64,000 bases of DNA from Podarcis filfolensis (Eukaryota), in the NCBI GenBank assembly GCA_964270895.1, contig OZ185448.1; one strand, given 5' to 3'. The notes beneath the pieces were generated by a model. The model had not been told where the DNA came from. It saw only the letters and a list, made by a program, of their open reading frames with translations, and searched no databases. The translations under genes and the position numbers were made by a program. Below, piece after piece: positions 1-12,200 of the stretch (its first letter is position 1; every line of letters begins with the position of its first letter).

Positions 1-1718
1 GTCACCAAAGTCCGTGGCCATGATGGCACTGCGTAATGGCGTAACAAATATTGACAGGGTTGGCTGCAGTCAGAGGTGGGCTCTTTGGTTGCCTGCCCAG
101 TCAAGTTCAGCTTCCTGGTGGGACAGCACTTTCAGTTGAGTGGGTTTTGTTCATGCTCTGTCAGGTTGGACACCCCTCTCCAGTTGAGGCACAAATACCG
201 ATAAAATACTGCATAAACATGACTTAAAAGAACCCAGCTGTAACAAAAATTTAGCAGTGGTTTAAAACGAAATGTTTCCAGCCTATACTTCTCACCAGCC
301 AGCCAAGATGGCACTCTGCTGCTTTCTGCTCTATGACCTTGCTCCTCTGCTTGACTGTTTTCCCCTTGCGACACTGGAGGTTCTTTGCAGTGTCAGGTTG
401 GAGAAGGGAGGTGGGCTCATTGTGGCCCACTGTGACTTGGAAGATGGCTTGGGCAAGGGGAAGATGCTGCTGCCTGCTGCTACTGCTCTGCATAGATCCC
501 TGCAGCTGCCAAGCAGCCATAATGGCCCTAGGGCCCAAGAACAGGTGGTGGGTTCTGCTGGTGTGCTGAGGGAGAGACCCCGCCATGCATTTTGAGAAGC
601 TGGGTGCTGTGGTCTTCAGGGCAAGATTTTTGGGATCGTGCTGGAGGGGAGGACTTTGCTCCCTTGAACGGCTGAGAGCTGCTTTGAATCTCACGTGTCT
701 TTGGTTTTATGGCTGTGGTTTATTTTTTCCATTGCATGCTGCTTTGAATACATGTTGGGAAAATGGAATGATAGGCAAAAAGCACTAGGAAGCCTCAGCT
801 GAGGAAGCTTCCAGATGAGAGGCGCAGCTCAGGACTCGGGCCTCTGGTTGCCTTCACTTCAGGGCTGGCCCAGTGGTGTGCTTGTGTCTGGAGTCCCAAG
901 ACAAAGGACCTCTTGGGGGAGATCTGGACAGTGTTGATCTTTTGGGGGCCTCAGGGCCCCTCTAGCTGTTGCCAGACTCCAGCTCCCATTGCCCCAGAGG
1001 GCGGGCTGGGAGGGCAACAGACCTGGCCAGTCACCCACAGGCAGATGGGCTGGTGGAGGTTAAGCACCTGAGGAGTGAAAGGCCAGAGGAGGTCAAGGTC
1101 CAAGGCAGTAATGGAGAGCAGAAGGTGTCAAAGAGAGGCAGGGGTCATGATCCATGGCAGGCGCTGTAGAGAGAAGGAAGTAAAAGGGCAGCCCACCTGG
1201 CTGGCTGCCAGGGTTTTTTTAAGGCCTGGCTCAGGAGGTCAGTTGCCTCCCCAAAGGATGGGGCTGCAGCAGCTGCTCTCTAAGGCTGAGGCTGCTTGAC
1301 CGCCCCTCCCCCCAGGCAGCGGCCTCAGGGCAGGGGGATGGAGGCTGCCTCCTCCTTGCAGCCGATGAAGGTGGCTGGAACATCTCCCAGAACTACCTGG
1401 CGCTCCTCCTGCCTGCACCTAGTTTTCCCGTACGGGGAGGGCCCTTCAGGGGAGGCCAAACAAGTCGGACGGGTTTGCTTTGTTCTTCTTGCCCTTCAGA
1501 GGAAACTCCTTCCCACTCCCATTTTGTCCCTGCTGTGCTGACAGAGTTTTCTGGATTTGTTGGTTTTGATTATATGATGGGCCTTGATTACCGTTGCGGA
1601 TGCCTTGCCTTAATCTGTAGATCAAGGGTTGTGCCCCGTGCTAGTCTTCCTCTGAGTATGCTCGTTGAAATTAATGGGCACAGCTAACATAGGGCTGTGA
1701 ATTTCAGTGGTGCAACAG

Positions 1719-1720
<2 letters not shown>

Positions 1721-1766
<46 letters not shown>

Positions 1767-1998
1767 TTATTATTTGTACCCCGCCCATCTGGCTGGGTTT
1801 CCCCAGCCACTCTGGGCGGCTTCCACAGAGACCAAAAATACACTAAAATGTCACACATTAAAAACTTCCCTGAACAAGGCTCCCTTAAGATGTCTTCTGA
1901 ATGTCAGGTAGTTGTTTATCGCTTTGACATCTGATGGGAGGGCATTCCACAGGGCGGGCGCCACTACTGAGAAGGCCCTCTGCCTGGTTCCCTGTAGC
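1721..1998 (-). mobile_element. L2-clade LINE 3' fragment with (ATT)n tail
   Basis: Minus ORF RQRAFSVVAPALWNALPSDVKAINNYLTFRRHLKGALF is a typical L2 ORF2 C-terminus; (AAT)n at 1721-1764. Confidence 0.85.
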
Positions 1999-2007
1999 TT
2001 TTCTCCC

Positions 2008-2284
2008 AGCTCATGCCAACCTAGCAGTTCAAAAGCATGCCAATGCAAGTAGATAAATAGGTACTGCTGCGGCGGGAAAGTAAACGGCGTTTCTGTGTGC
2101 TCTGGTTTCTGTCACGGTGTTCCGTTGCAGCAGAAGCGGTTTAGTCATGCTGGCCACATGACCTGGAAAGCTGTCTGTGGACAAATGCCAGCTCCCTCAG
2201 CCTGAAAGCGAGATGAGCTCTGCAACCCCATAGTCATCTTTGACTGGACTTAACCATCCAGGGGTCTTTTACCTTTACCTTTTT
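2008..2284 (+). mobile_element. Sauria SINE, 5'-truncated
   Basis: Matches the 3' part of the full copy at 18772-19122; ends in an ACCTTT-repeat tail. Confidence 0.85.
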
Positions 2285-3024
2285 TACAGCTCAGCTGCCT
2301 GTAGAAATGGGAATTCTCCTCTTGGTGCTGCTGACAGGTTCTTTTTCTGCACTTGGTGTCAGCAGGCTCTTTTTAGATTATTTATATTATAACATATTGA
2401 ATATGATATATTAAAAGTATCTCTAAGCTGTGTACAGAAAACTGAAGCAACTACAGTCAACTTAAACAAAATATTACAAAAAATACACAGTTACATGTAA
2501 AAACGTTATATTAATGCAAAGTTTATAATATCTGAATAAATCAATATCAATTCATTTTCCTTCTGACACATCCTCCTCCTCTGCCTCCAGCGTCCAAACA
2601 AACTCTCAGCTCACCCACAAAATTCTCACTCCGAGAAGGGTTCCTGGAAACAGTGAATCCTAGTCTCTCACTCTAAACTTGCTTTTTATGGGCAGGCTAT
2701 ATGCAGAAATTCTGGTTTTAGTATGCTGGCTGTTTGCCATAATAAACATGGATGATGGGCAGGCCCAAGATGGATGGCTGCCCACAGCTTTGTCCCATTC
2801 AGCCGTCCCGCATGATGAGAGAGCTTGGGGGATGTGGCCCCACCAGCATCTGACCTCCTCTTCTGCCTCAGAGAGTCCTTTGCTTCCCTTTGAGAGTCCC
2901 TCCTGCCCGGCTCCCCTTGGCAGGGCCGCTGTTTGCCCAGAGAGCACCCTTCTCTTGCTGCCTCCTTAGAGACGGAGGGAGGAAGCAGTGCATGAGGCTC
3001 TTCTGAGAGTTCAGGAAGGCTTAG

Positions 3025-3139
3025 CCTTCTAAGGCAGCCCTGTTTAGGGAAGCTTTTAATGTTTGATGTATTACTGTATTTTAATATTTGGTTGGAAGCC
3101 GCCCAGAGTGGCTGGGGAAGATGGACGGGGTATAAATAA

Positions 3140-3188
<49 letters not shown>
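3025..3188 (+). mobile_element. L2 LINE 3' end with (ATT)n tail
   Basis: Reverse complement of the same family seen at 1721-1998 and 17035-17372. Confidence 0.8.
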
Positions 3189-5596
3189 GCCGCCTTCTCA
3201 ACAGGTGCTGTTGGCATCCTGCACCAGAGACTGGTGGCTGAAATGGGGAGGGGTTTTCTGGGTGGGGATGGGGCTGCCCAGAGCGCCTCTTTGTCCCAGC
3301 TGGGGTGCATGAAAATGGGGGATGTTTCCTCAGAGTGCCAAATTGTGGGCTCTTTTCCCTTGCAGTGTTAAGAACAGAAAACATCTTGCCTGGGCGCTGG
3401 TCTTTCCCAGAGCCCAGCTGCGTTGCTTGGCCTAACTCTGCCAGCACATTCAATGCCACAGCAGCCACAGCAGGCCTGGGTGTGGCCTGGGATGATGTCA
3501 TGCTTTAAATTTGGTAGCAGTGCCTGCCTGCCTGCCTGCCTGAGCCGCTCACTGGAAAGTTTCTTTCGGTGGGTGTAGGAGGAAGAGGTTGGAACTGAGC
3601 AATCTGAGGATTTGGCCAGAGTTTCTGTGAAATGTTGCTTCGTCCTTGGAAAATAACTTTCCGTTTCAGGACTGCCTCCGGGTGGGCTGGATTCCTTTTC
3701 CTAGCTGTTTCTCTGTGTGAGTCTAGACAAGGCGGTTTCTCTCGCATAGATGCACCCTTTCCAGAGGTGTTTTTTTTAGAGGCAGCCTTCCACTTCCCAT
3801 GCCATCCCCCCCCCCCCGAAAAAAGCTCACTGAAAGGAAAGACCTGTGCAACAGAGGAAGGGGTGTGGCAGTAGCTGCCCCACCTTTGGAGTTCATGGGA
3901 CTGTCAGGGGGTGGAACAGCAGGCCTCCCAGCCACACTTTCCTTTCTGCTCCTTTTCCTCCCAGCGGCTTTTGGTGGCAGAGCAGAGGCACATGCCGGGG
4001 GCAGGGGGCGTCCAAGTCACTCCGCTGCAGGCTGGGGGGGAAGCTTCTTCCTTCCCTACCTCTCTGCCTGGCTCAGAGGGCATTGGAGAGCTGGAGCCAG
4101 CCAGGACAGCCCACGAGCCTCTGGCTCAGAAAGTGGGGAAAGGGGCTTTCTGGAGGCTCCTAAAAATAGTAGTTCTCCAAGGTTTGCAAGAGTGTGCCGG
4201 CCCTTCTGGAGCCTGCTAAATCAGCCCCCACCCCACATCTGCCACCTGCACGTCCTGCACTGCTTCTTCCAGTTCCCTGCAGTGCCCCGCCCCCAAATTG
4301 TCTGTCCAGCTGCACGCTTTGGAGGGCTCTCCTTCTCCTCTCATGGTGAAACATGTCTGGCTGGCGTGTTTGGGTGTGTTGGGTTCTGCCTCTCTTCCCT
4401 CCTCCCTTCCTGAGCATTGTAGACTTATTTGTCAGAGGCTTCAATGGCTGGTTTATTCCACCACCACCACCACCACCCCCCGCCACCCAGCCTGAGGAGC
4501 TGACAGTAGGAGGCAAGTGCCCCTGTCCCCCCACGGGCACATGCAGGTAGGGAAGCAGAGCCCTGGCCCAGAGGGAGGGAGACAGGGAGGGCTGTGGGTC
4601 CCCCAGGGCTTCCACTCCACAGTTGGCCTGGGGAAGAGATGCCTTTGCTGAAGCGTCACCTTCTGGGGTCCTCAGCAACGCTCCAAAACTTTCCCCACGT
4701 TAGGGCTGAGAAGGAGCTGAGGGTACCTGAGCTCCTGCGGCTCCCCTGGCAGCTGCTAGTGGGGATCCAGCATGAATGGTTCAGGGAGGCCACAGCCCCC
4801 CCCCCGCAGAAGCCAGTGATTGGCTATTACAAGGGCAGCTGGGCCCTTTCATTCCCCTGCAAGAGACTTCCTTGTGGCTTAGACTCATTGCTCTATTGGA
4901 GACAGGAAGGGGCACAATTGCACCCCCTCTTCTGGCATCATTTTACCCATGCAGAAAGCACCTGTGCCCACCTGCCTCACCATCTTGGCTTGTGGCTTGT
5001 TTTTGTAGCCCATAGATGGCCCTTGGCATACATTTCTTCTTTGGATGTTGCCTCAGACCTGGTTGGAGCAGGCTGTGAAGAGAGGGAGGGGTTGGGCAGC
5101 TGTCTTCCCTGGCAATAAACAGGAAGGAGGGTGAAAGAGAAAAGCACCCAGCAGAGGAGGAAGTGCAGAGCTGTGGTTTCTGGGAGAAAAAAGATGGGAC
5201 CAGTTGTCGCTGGTTCAGCCAAAGTCACCCCCTGCAGATGCGGTAATCCTGCTGCTTCCTGAGTCACCCTTTGCTGTTTTGTATTCGGTAGTCGGAAGGA
5301 AGTTGTTGCCAAAGCAGCTCTGCCTGGAAGGTCTTTTCTCGGTCCTTTCAGAATTGAGGGGGCAGAACCTGAAGCTAGCTGGATTGTCTTCACTATGACA
5401 GCTTGAGGGAAGCCAGGACAGCGACTGAAACACTGCACAACCAACACCCCTGTGAGGAGGGCTGCTGCTGCTGCTGCTGCTGCTCAGTCACTGGGCAAAG
5501 AGGCTGAGGGTCACCTCTGCTTATGCTCTGTGGGATGCTGTTCAGCTGTTGAAACCCAAGGTGGTGGACAATGTTCTCAAAGGAGTTTGCCTTGGC

Positions 5597-5977
5597 TAGG
5601 GCTAGGCGATATATTGTTCAAAACTAGTTTGAAGTCCATATCATGATATTATATTGTTTTCATAGTTTTTGACCAGGATTCAATATGTTGTGTGTGTGTG
5701 TGTGTGTGTTATGCAAAAATCACAACATGGGAAAAACTGTGAAGCTAGCCAATGCCTCCATATATTTCCATCCGTATTTCAGTCATTGTGATATATCAGA
5801 ATATTGAGATGTTTAGCTGGTGGTATATCACAAAGTTGAAAACCAGATATCACCCAGCCCTACTGTTCGCTTCTACATAGTTCCATCTTTATTTCAGACA
5901 TCGTTATATATTGGTATATCGCAATGTTTAACTGGTGATATATCACAATGTTGAAAACCAGATAGTGGCCAGCTTTA
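5597..5977. mobile_element. hAT-type MITE with duplicated right end
   Basis: Left TIR TAGGGCTAGGCGATAT at 5597; matching ATATCACCCAGCCCTA at 5847-5862; degenerate second right end to 5977; 8-bp flanks GCCTTGGC / GCCTTGGT. Confidence 0.7.
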
Positions 5978-6407
5978 GCCTTGGTGCCTGCCGGCTTGAT
6001 TCTTGGCCATCTTTACTTATAACAGGTAGCTGGAGGGGACGGCTTGGCTAGCAGGCCCAAGAGACCATTATTAATGGTGCTGCCTCCTTGTGTGAACCGG
6101 CAGCGGCAGGTGACTGACCAAGGAAGCCTCTGCAGGAGGGAGAGTTCCTTTCTGGGGCAGGTGCTTTGTCTGTGTGCAGGTCCAGATGCTCTTGGATGAG
6201 GGTGTTTCTGGGCTGGACTCCCAAGTGGGGTCAGGAATGCAGTTCCACAGCCCTTCCCCACCGCAGCTGGTCTTATTAATTCCTTATGAGCCATCCTTGG
6301 CAGTTATTTGTTGAAAGGCAGGCATGCAAGCATAAAGAATAAAAAGCTAGAACTGGGTGGTCTCTTTCCCAACTCACGTCCTTCTCCCCCAACCCTCCCG
6401 CTTGTAG

Positions 6408-9400
6408 GTGGATGGAGGCCTGCCTCAATGAAGAGTTGCCTCCCACAACGGAGCTGGAGGAGGGGCTCAGAAACGGGGTCTACCTGGCCAAACTTGGAAA
6501 CTTTTTCTCCCCCAAAGTGGTGTCTCTCAAGAAGATCTACGACCGGGAGCAGACCAGGTATAAGGTAGGCAAGCATTTTTCTTCTGTAATGAAGCATCTC
6601 GCGGGGGCAGAAATAAGCAATTGGCCCAACTGCAGCTGTTGGAAAGCCCAGAGCAGGATATATGAGAAGATGTGTCACAGTTGGTGTGCCCCGATTTTTA
6701 TTTCGTTTCCTAAAAATTGGTGCATGGCTTTTCACTAGCAATAAGAAAGTATGCGAATAGTCTCAGTTTCGTTTGTTGATCGCAGAAAGTCTTCCTTAGA
6801 GGAGAGCATGGGATGCTTTCTGAAGGCCCTTGCAGCTATGGTGAGGCTCAGGCGGCAGCTTTTGCACAGAAATGTGTCAACATGACTCCCACCCCCACCC
6901 CAAATCCCAGGCTTCTGGGGTGAAGGGAGCTGATCCACCTGAACTCAGTCTGCCTGCGTGCATGATGCTTCTTCGTTGTTTTATTTATTTACTTATTTTA
7001 TTACCTGCCCTTCACCCTAAGGTCTCAGGGCAGGTTACAATATTAAAACACAATACCGAAAGCAGTTTAAAAGAAACTTGCAATGCACCTTTTTTCACGT
7101 CTCCCCCTTCTTCCTCTGCGTTTCAGGCCACGGGCCTCCACTTCCGGCATACAGACAACGTGATTCAGTGGCTGAATGCAATGGCAGAGATTGGCCTCCC
7201 CAAGGTAACTTTGCCTGGACTGGGAACGGAAGGAGTCTTTGAAGGTTGGGGAGGGGGGTGGCAGAAGAAATAGGCACATGGGAACCAAGACTGGAGCCCT
7301 CCAAACCACTTTACCTCTTCACTCCAGGTTCTTGGCATAGTCGTCATGTTTCTCCCTCCTGCCAACTCTTCCTTGGGGTGCTGCAGAGTGCCCCCTCTCT
7401 TCTCCCTGTTCCCCCCTCCCCACAAGCTTGTGGGCACAGTGGAGGAGTGAGCTTTGGGGAAACCGTTGCTCTGTTTTGCTCTGCCAAGCATGTGGGGAAA
7501 TCAGTGGGCCTCTTTCTCTTTGCGTTCAGATTTTTTACCCAGAAACAACAGACATCTATGACCGGAAGAACATGCCACGCTGCATCTACTGCATTCACGC
7601 ACTCAGGTAATCACACAGAGGGGCGCTGGTGAGGCGATCCAACAGATGATGTTTTGAGGCTGGAAGAAACATCCTTGCCTGTTCCCCTTTCTCTTTCTCT
7701 CTGTCTCTTAGAAAGGTAACCAGCATCAACTGTCTGCTTCCCAGCAGAATCAGTCAATTCTCACTTTCCTTGCTTTGTTGGCAAGGAAATGCATACTTTT
7801 CAACTGCCTACTTAAACCCCATCTTACATTATGTTTGTTGGTTCTATCAAAAATTAAACCACGCACCCATAGTTCCTGCCTGGAAAACTGAACATGCTAA
7901 CACTAACAAGGCTATACAGTATTAGTTTGTAGGGTGGCCAGAAAAGAAATTAAACTTTTCCTGCCTCGGTCCTGAATCAGTTGTGCTAACATCAGCATGG
8001 ATAGGTGATTAATCCTGCCCCCTGCAGAATGATTCCCCCACCCCTCCGTTTCTGTCATGGTGAGAAGCTATTTATTCCCTGGAATTTAGGGAGTCTTCCC
8101 ACTTCTAATTTGCCCTGTTCTGACAGGGGGAGATCTTCTATGTGTAGAAGACTTAAGGGCAAGAGGCAACTTGAATCTAAAAGTCGTAAGAGGAAGAGAT
8201 CCCGCAAATTTCCTTCAAACAGCATTTCTGTGGCTTCTCCTTTAATCTCCCCCAGGAGTTTTTATTATTATTTTATTATTTATTTATTTATTGAATTTGT
8301 ATACCGCCCTTCATCTGAAGATCTTAGGAGGTTCACAGCATAAAAGCAGTACAAAAACTCAAAATGCATAATAAAAACAAGAGAAAGAACAAACCAAACC
8401 AAACCCCACCCACCCACCCCACTGCCTTTATTTTTCCTCAGTTTGTACCTGTTCAAGTTGGGATTGGCCCCGCAGATTCAAGACCTGTATGGTAAAGTGG
8501 ACTTCACAGGTGAGGGGAGCTCCTGCCTTCCTGTCCTTGGGTCGGCCATGGAGGAAGTGGCTCGAGTTTTTGTTTTTAGAAAGGGCACCGTCTGGCTGTT
8601 GGGTTGGACAGCAGAGCCTCCCTTTGCTTTCTGCTAAAGATCAAACCCCAGACTTGGACCAGGCCTTGCCTTCTCGAGTAGGGGCCTTCCCAGGTGCTAT
8701 CTCCTCCACCAGTGGCTGGACCTGTCACTGGGATTTGTGGATGGCAGGGGGGAAGGAGATGGGGAAATACCTGGCTGCCTTTTTGTTGAACCCTTGGCTG
8801 GCTGGCTGCCTTTACCAGGTGTTTTCAAAAGGGCAGATGGGCATATCCTGGGGCTCACCTGCTGGTCCTTTTCCATTTTGCTATTCCAGAGGAGGAAATC
8901 AGCAACATGAGGCTTGAGCTGGAGAAGTATGGGATTCAGATGCCTGCCTTTGGAAAGATTGGTGGGATCTTGGCCAACGAGCTCTCTGTGGATGAAGCAG
9001 CACGTAAGGGGAAATGGGTTTCACTCTTTTCGGGTGGGTCGTGTGAGATAGAGCAATTACCATGGAGACATAATCTATTGGAAGAATTAAATATGATGGA
9101 AGGGATTCAGTCTGTAAAAGTGGCAGAGATTTTATATCATGCAGGGCCTGGAGGTTGCCTTCTGAGATGAGCACCTCTTTTGCAGCCACGGGTGCTTGCC
9201 AGTGTTGTGCTGCCAGAGCTCCTGTTCTCTGCCCAAATGCCCACGTTCTCCTCCCAAGAAAAGGAAGGGGCTTGGGCTTGCGGGGTTGGGTTGCTCATTG
9301 AGAATCTCCAGGGCTGTGACTGACCAGAGCCTTTGCCTGGTGTTCCCTCCAGTGCATGCGGCTGTGATTGCAATCAACGACGCCATTGACCGTCAGATTC

Positions 9401-12144
9401 CTGTTGAAACGTTTGCGGCAATGAGGAACCCCAATGCCATGTTGGTGAATCTGGAAGAGCCCCTCGCACCCACCTACCAGAGCACCCTGTACCAGGCGAA
9501 GCGGGACAAGACAGAAAATGCACGGAACAAGGTAGAGTTTATTTTGTATACCGCCGAATGACCCAAACCTCTGTGAGGTTTGCATGTGGCTCTTTCTGCT
9601 CCATATTGTGGAAATGCTTAGACCTGCAGCTGGAGAGATTGCTTTGATGGCTTTGACCCACAGCTGCCTCAGGGTAGAGCAGGCTTGCCACAAGGTGAGA
9701 GCTTTGTCTTGTGGGGAAGAAAGGCTTGCCATGCCCTGCTCTTCTCTTGCACCTCTCCAGGGCATGTGCTTGAATGAGTGCAGTGCCAGGACCTGCCGAT
9801 GCACATGCCGCATTATACTTTTGAATTAAAATAGGAAAAGTCTCTTTGCCTAGGAATCAGGACTTGCATGGAACTTGGCAGGAAAGTGACCTACACTGAA
9901 TTTCTTTCTATCTGTCTTCAAACCAGACTGTGATAGTTAACACACAACTTTTCCTATAAAGCCCAAAGCAGTAAGGAAAGTGTGATTACTGTACATTGTT
10001 ACTCGCCCCAGGCCACACCCCCTCCTAAGCCACATGCCCCCCCAGTCCAGTTTACTCTCCTTGAGTGTTTTTGTCTGGTAGGAGGTGCGCTTGATGTCTG
10101 GCAATGCAAACTCTAGGTTTGTGTAGTAACTAGCCTACTGTGAACTGTGCAGAGGTGAAATTTGCATCAGTTGCTCCACCCACTTTTGCCTCTGGCCCTG
10201 TGTGCTGCTGGTATGTGGCCTCTGGAAGATTGCCCAGATAGGAATGCAGCCTTCAGTTTAGTAATGCTCCCTGACACTGCAGTAGATTGATTGAATACAC
10301 GTTTGCAGTGTTGGGATCCAGCTCTGAAAGCTGGTATTGCCTTGCAGCCACGTGGCTTGCACAAGATGCTTCAGTCATTTCTTGCTAGTTGTTTGGGAAT
10401 GTGCCTCTGGCAGCGCTGCTTGGTCCGGGAGGAGGATGGGGGGGGGGGACAGGGAATGTTCCCTTTCATTGCAGGAGCTCGGTGTTGAGTCTCCAAGTGC
10501 CTTCTGGCTTTTGGGCAGTGGGGAGGAAGGCCTAGAGGCCCTTGCAGCAGTGTCTCCACGTGGGTCTAGTGCATCCGCCAACCTGTTTAGCCCCATGCCA
10601 GCGCCTCCCAGCTTTGGAAGCTTTTGCCGCCACCCCCCAAAGGCAGCTCTAAGGAGGTGCTCCTGTCCTGACTGCCGTTTTCTCCCTTCTTCCTTCAGAT
10701 TGCCTCTGAGGATATGGAAAGGGAAAGGGACGTGTATGAAGAGCTGCTGACTCAAGCAGAGATCCAGGGCAACGTCAACAAAGTCAACAGTAAGCCCATC
10801 AGCCCCATCCTAACACTCCTGGCTTTTTTATGAGACACTCTTTGCCCAAGAAACTCCATTAGGAAGCAGAAAATCCCATCTCTGGATGCCCCCCAAAAAA
10901 ACTATGCCCCTCCCCAAAAACTGTGCTCCAACACCATCCTTCTGTGTGGGTTCCATTTGCCTCATGAATGTGCTTGAGATGCCGAACTAGAGACTTAGCT
11001 GGGAGCAAGCAGCAGGACGGGGGAGGCAAAGTGCCAGGAGAGACCATCCTCTGTCCATATTGCCACTCCCTCCCCCACTGGCTTCTAGAACCTTCTGTTG
11101 TGCTCTGGGACATCTCAGGCATGGGGAGCATTTGGGGTTCTGCATGGGGTGGTGGAGGTGAAGAAGCCCTCCTGAGGAGGCCTTCCCAAGGCCAGCTCCG
11201 TCTAGCTTTCCTTCTCTTTCTCTCTCTCCTCAGCCCACTCGGCCTTGTCCAAGATCGACCTGATTCTGGACCAAGGAGACCCTGCTGCATTGTACGCTGT
11301 CCTGTCATCGGCAGCCTTGGGTCTCCGGGGGCTGCGGCCAGAGAATAGCGACTGGTACCTGAAGCAGCTTCTGAGGGAAAAGCAGCAGAAGCTGGAGGTA
11401 GGGGAGCCAGCGGGTGGGTGGTCCTGGTGCCTGGCTCGCAAGGAGCTCCTTCCACTGGTGTGCAGTTGGGACCCAGGATGTCTTAAGGACCAACAACACA
11501 GACCGTGAATACATGGTGGCCCTGAGCAACTATTATGTTTTTGTTCAGCATTGGCCACTGGCTTCCTAATCCGGTTTGCCTGACCTATTCTTGGTCTCTT
11601 CTCCAAGAGCAAACTTCCTGTTCTGCTTTGAGATACTGCCCAGCTGCTGCTCTCCATGTTCGGCCAAGCGCTGGGAATTGTGGGAGGCGTTGCACAGAAT
11701 GCTGCTGACGCCTCCTCCACGTTCCCGGTCATGAATAAAGGGGCCAGCGGAAAGGAAATAAAGGGAGGTTCTGGATCTGCCGGGGCTGTTGGAGGCAGCG
11801 CAGTCAAGTCTACTCTTTCCCCCCTCAGGCCGGCAGAGCTGGGCCCTTGCAGAAGGAGGAGCTGCAGGCCGGGGTGGACGTGGCAAATGGCATGGCTCAG
11901 CAGTACCAGCAGAGTAAGTTCTCCTCCGTGGGACCCCTGCAGTTTGGGTTTTGCAGCTGGACAGGGCAGGCCTTTCTTGTGCTTCAACTGGAAAGCAAGT
12001 CCTCTCTTCACCCCTCCGCCCTTCCTTCCTGCAGGTTCTGAGGGGTGTCTGGGCAGGAGACTGTCCTCCCATCCAGTTTTCTTGTGACTGCTGTGAGAGC
12101 AACCTCCCCAGCTTCACTTTTCCTCCCATTAAGAACACTCCGTC

Positions 12145-12200
<56 letters not shown>

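Noticed and set aside
180-280. Possible ancient Charlie transposase trace (KYR..KHDL)
   Set aside because: Too short, and interrupted by stops and frameshifts.
2686-3501. 271-aa minus ORF with a poly-Ile run
   Set aside because: Reads through an (AAT)n microsatellite and an L2 tail.
9622-9694. Possible 73-nt poison exon in IQGAP1 intron 8 (AG...AAG|GTGAGA)
   Set aside because: Weak acceptor; such site pairs are common and there is no supporting evidence.
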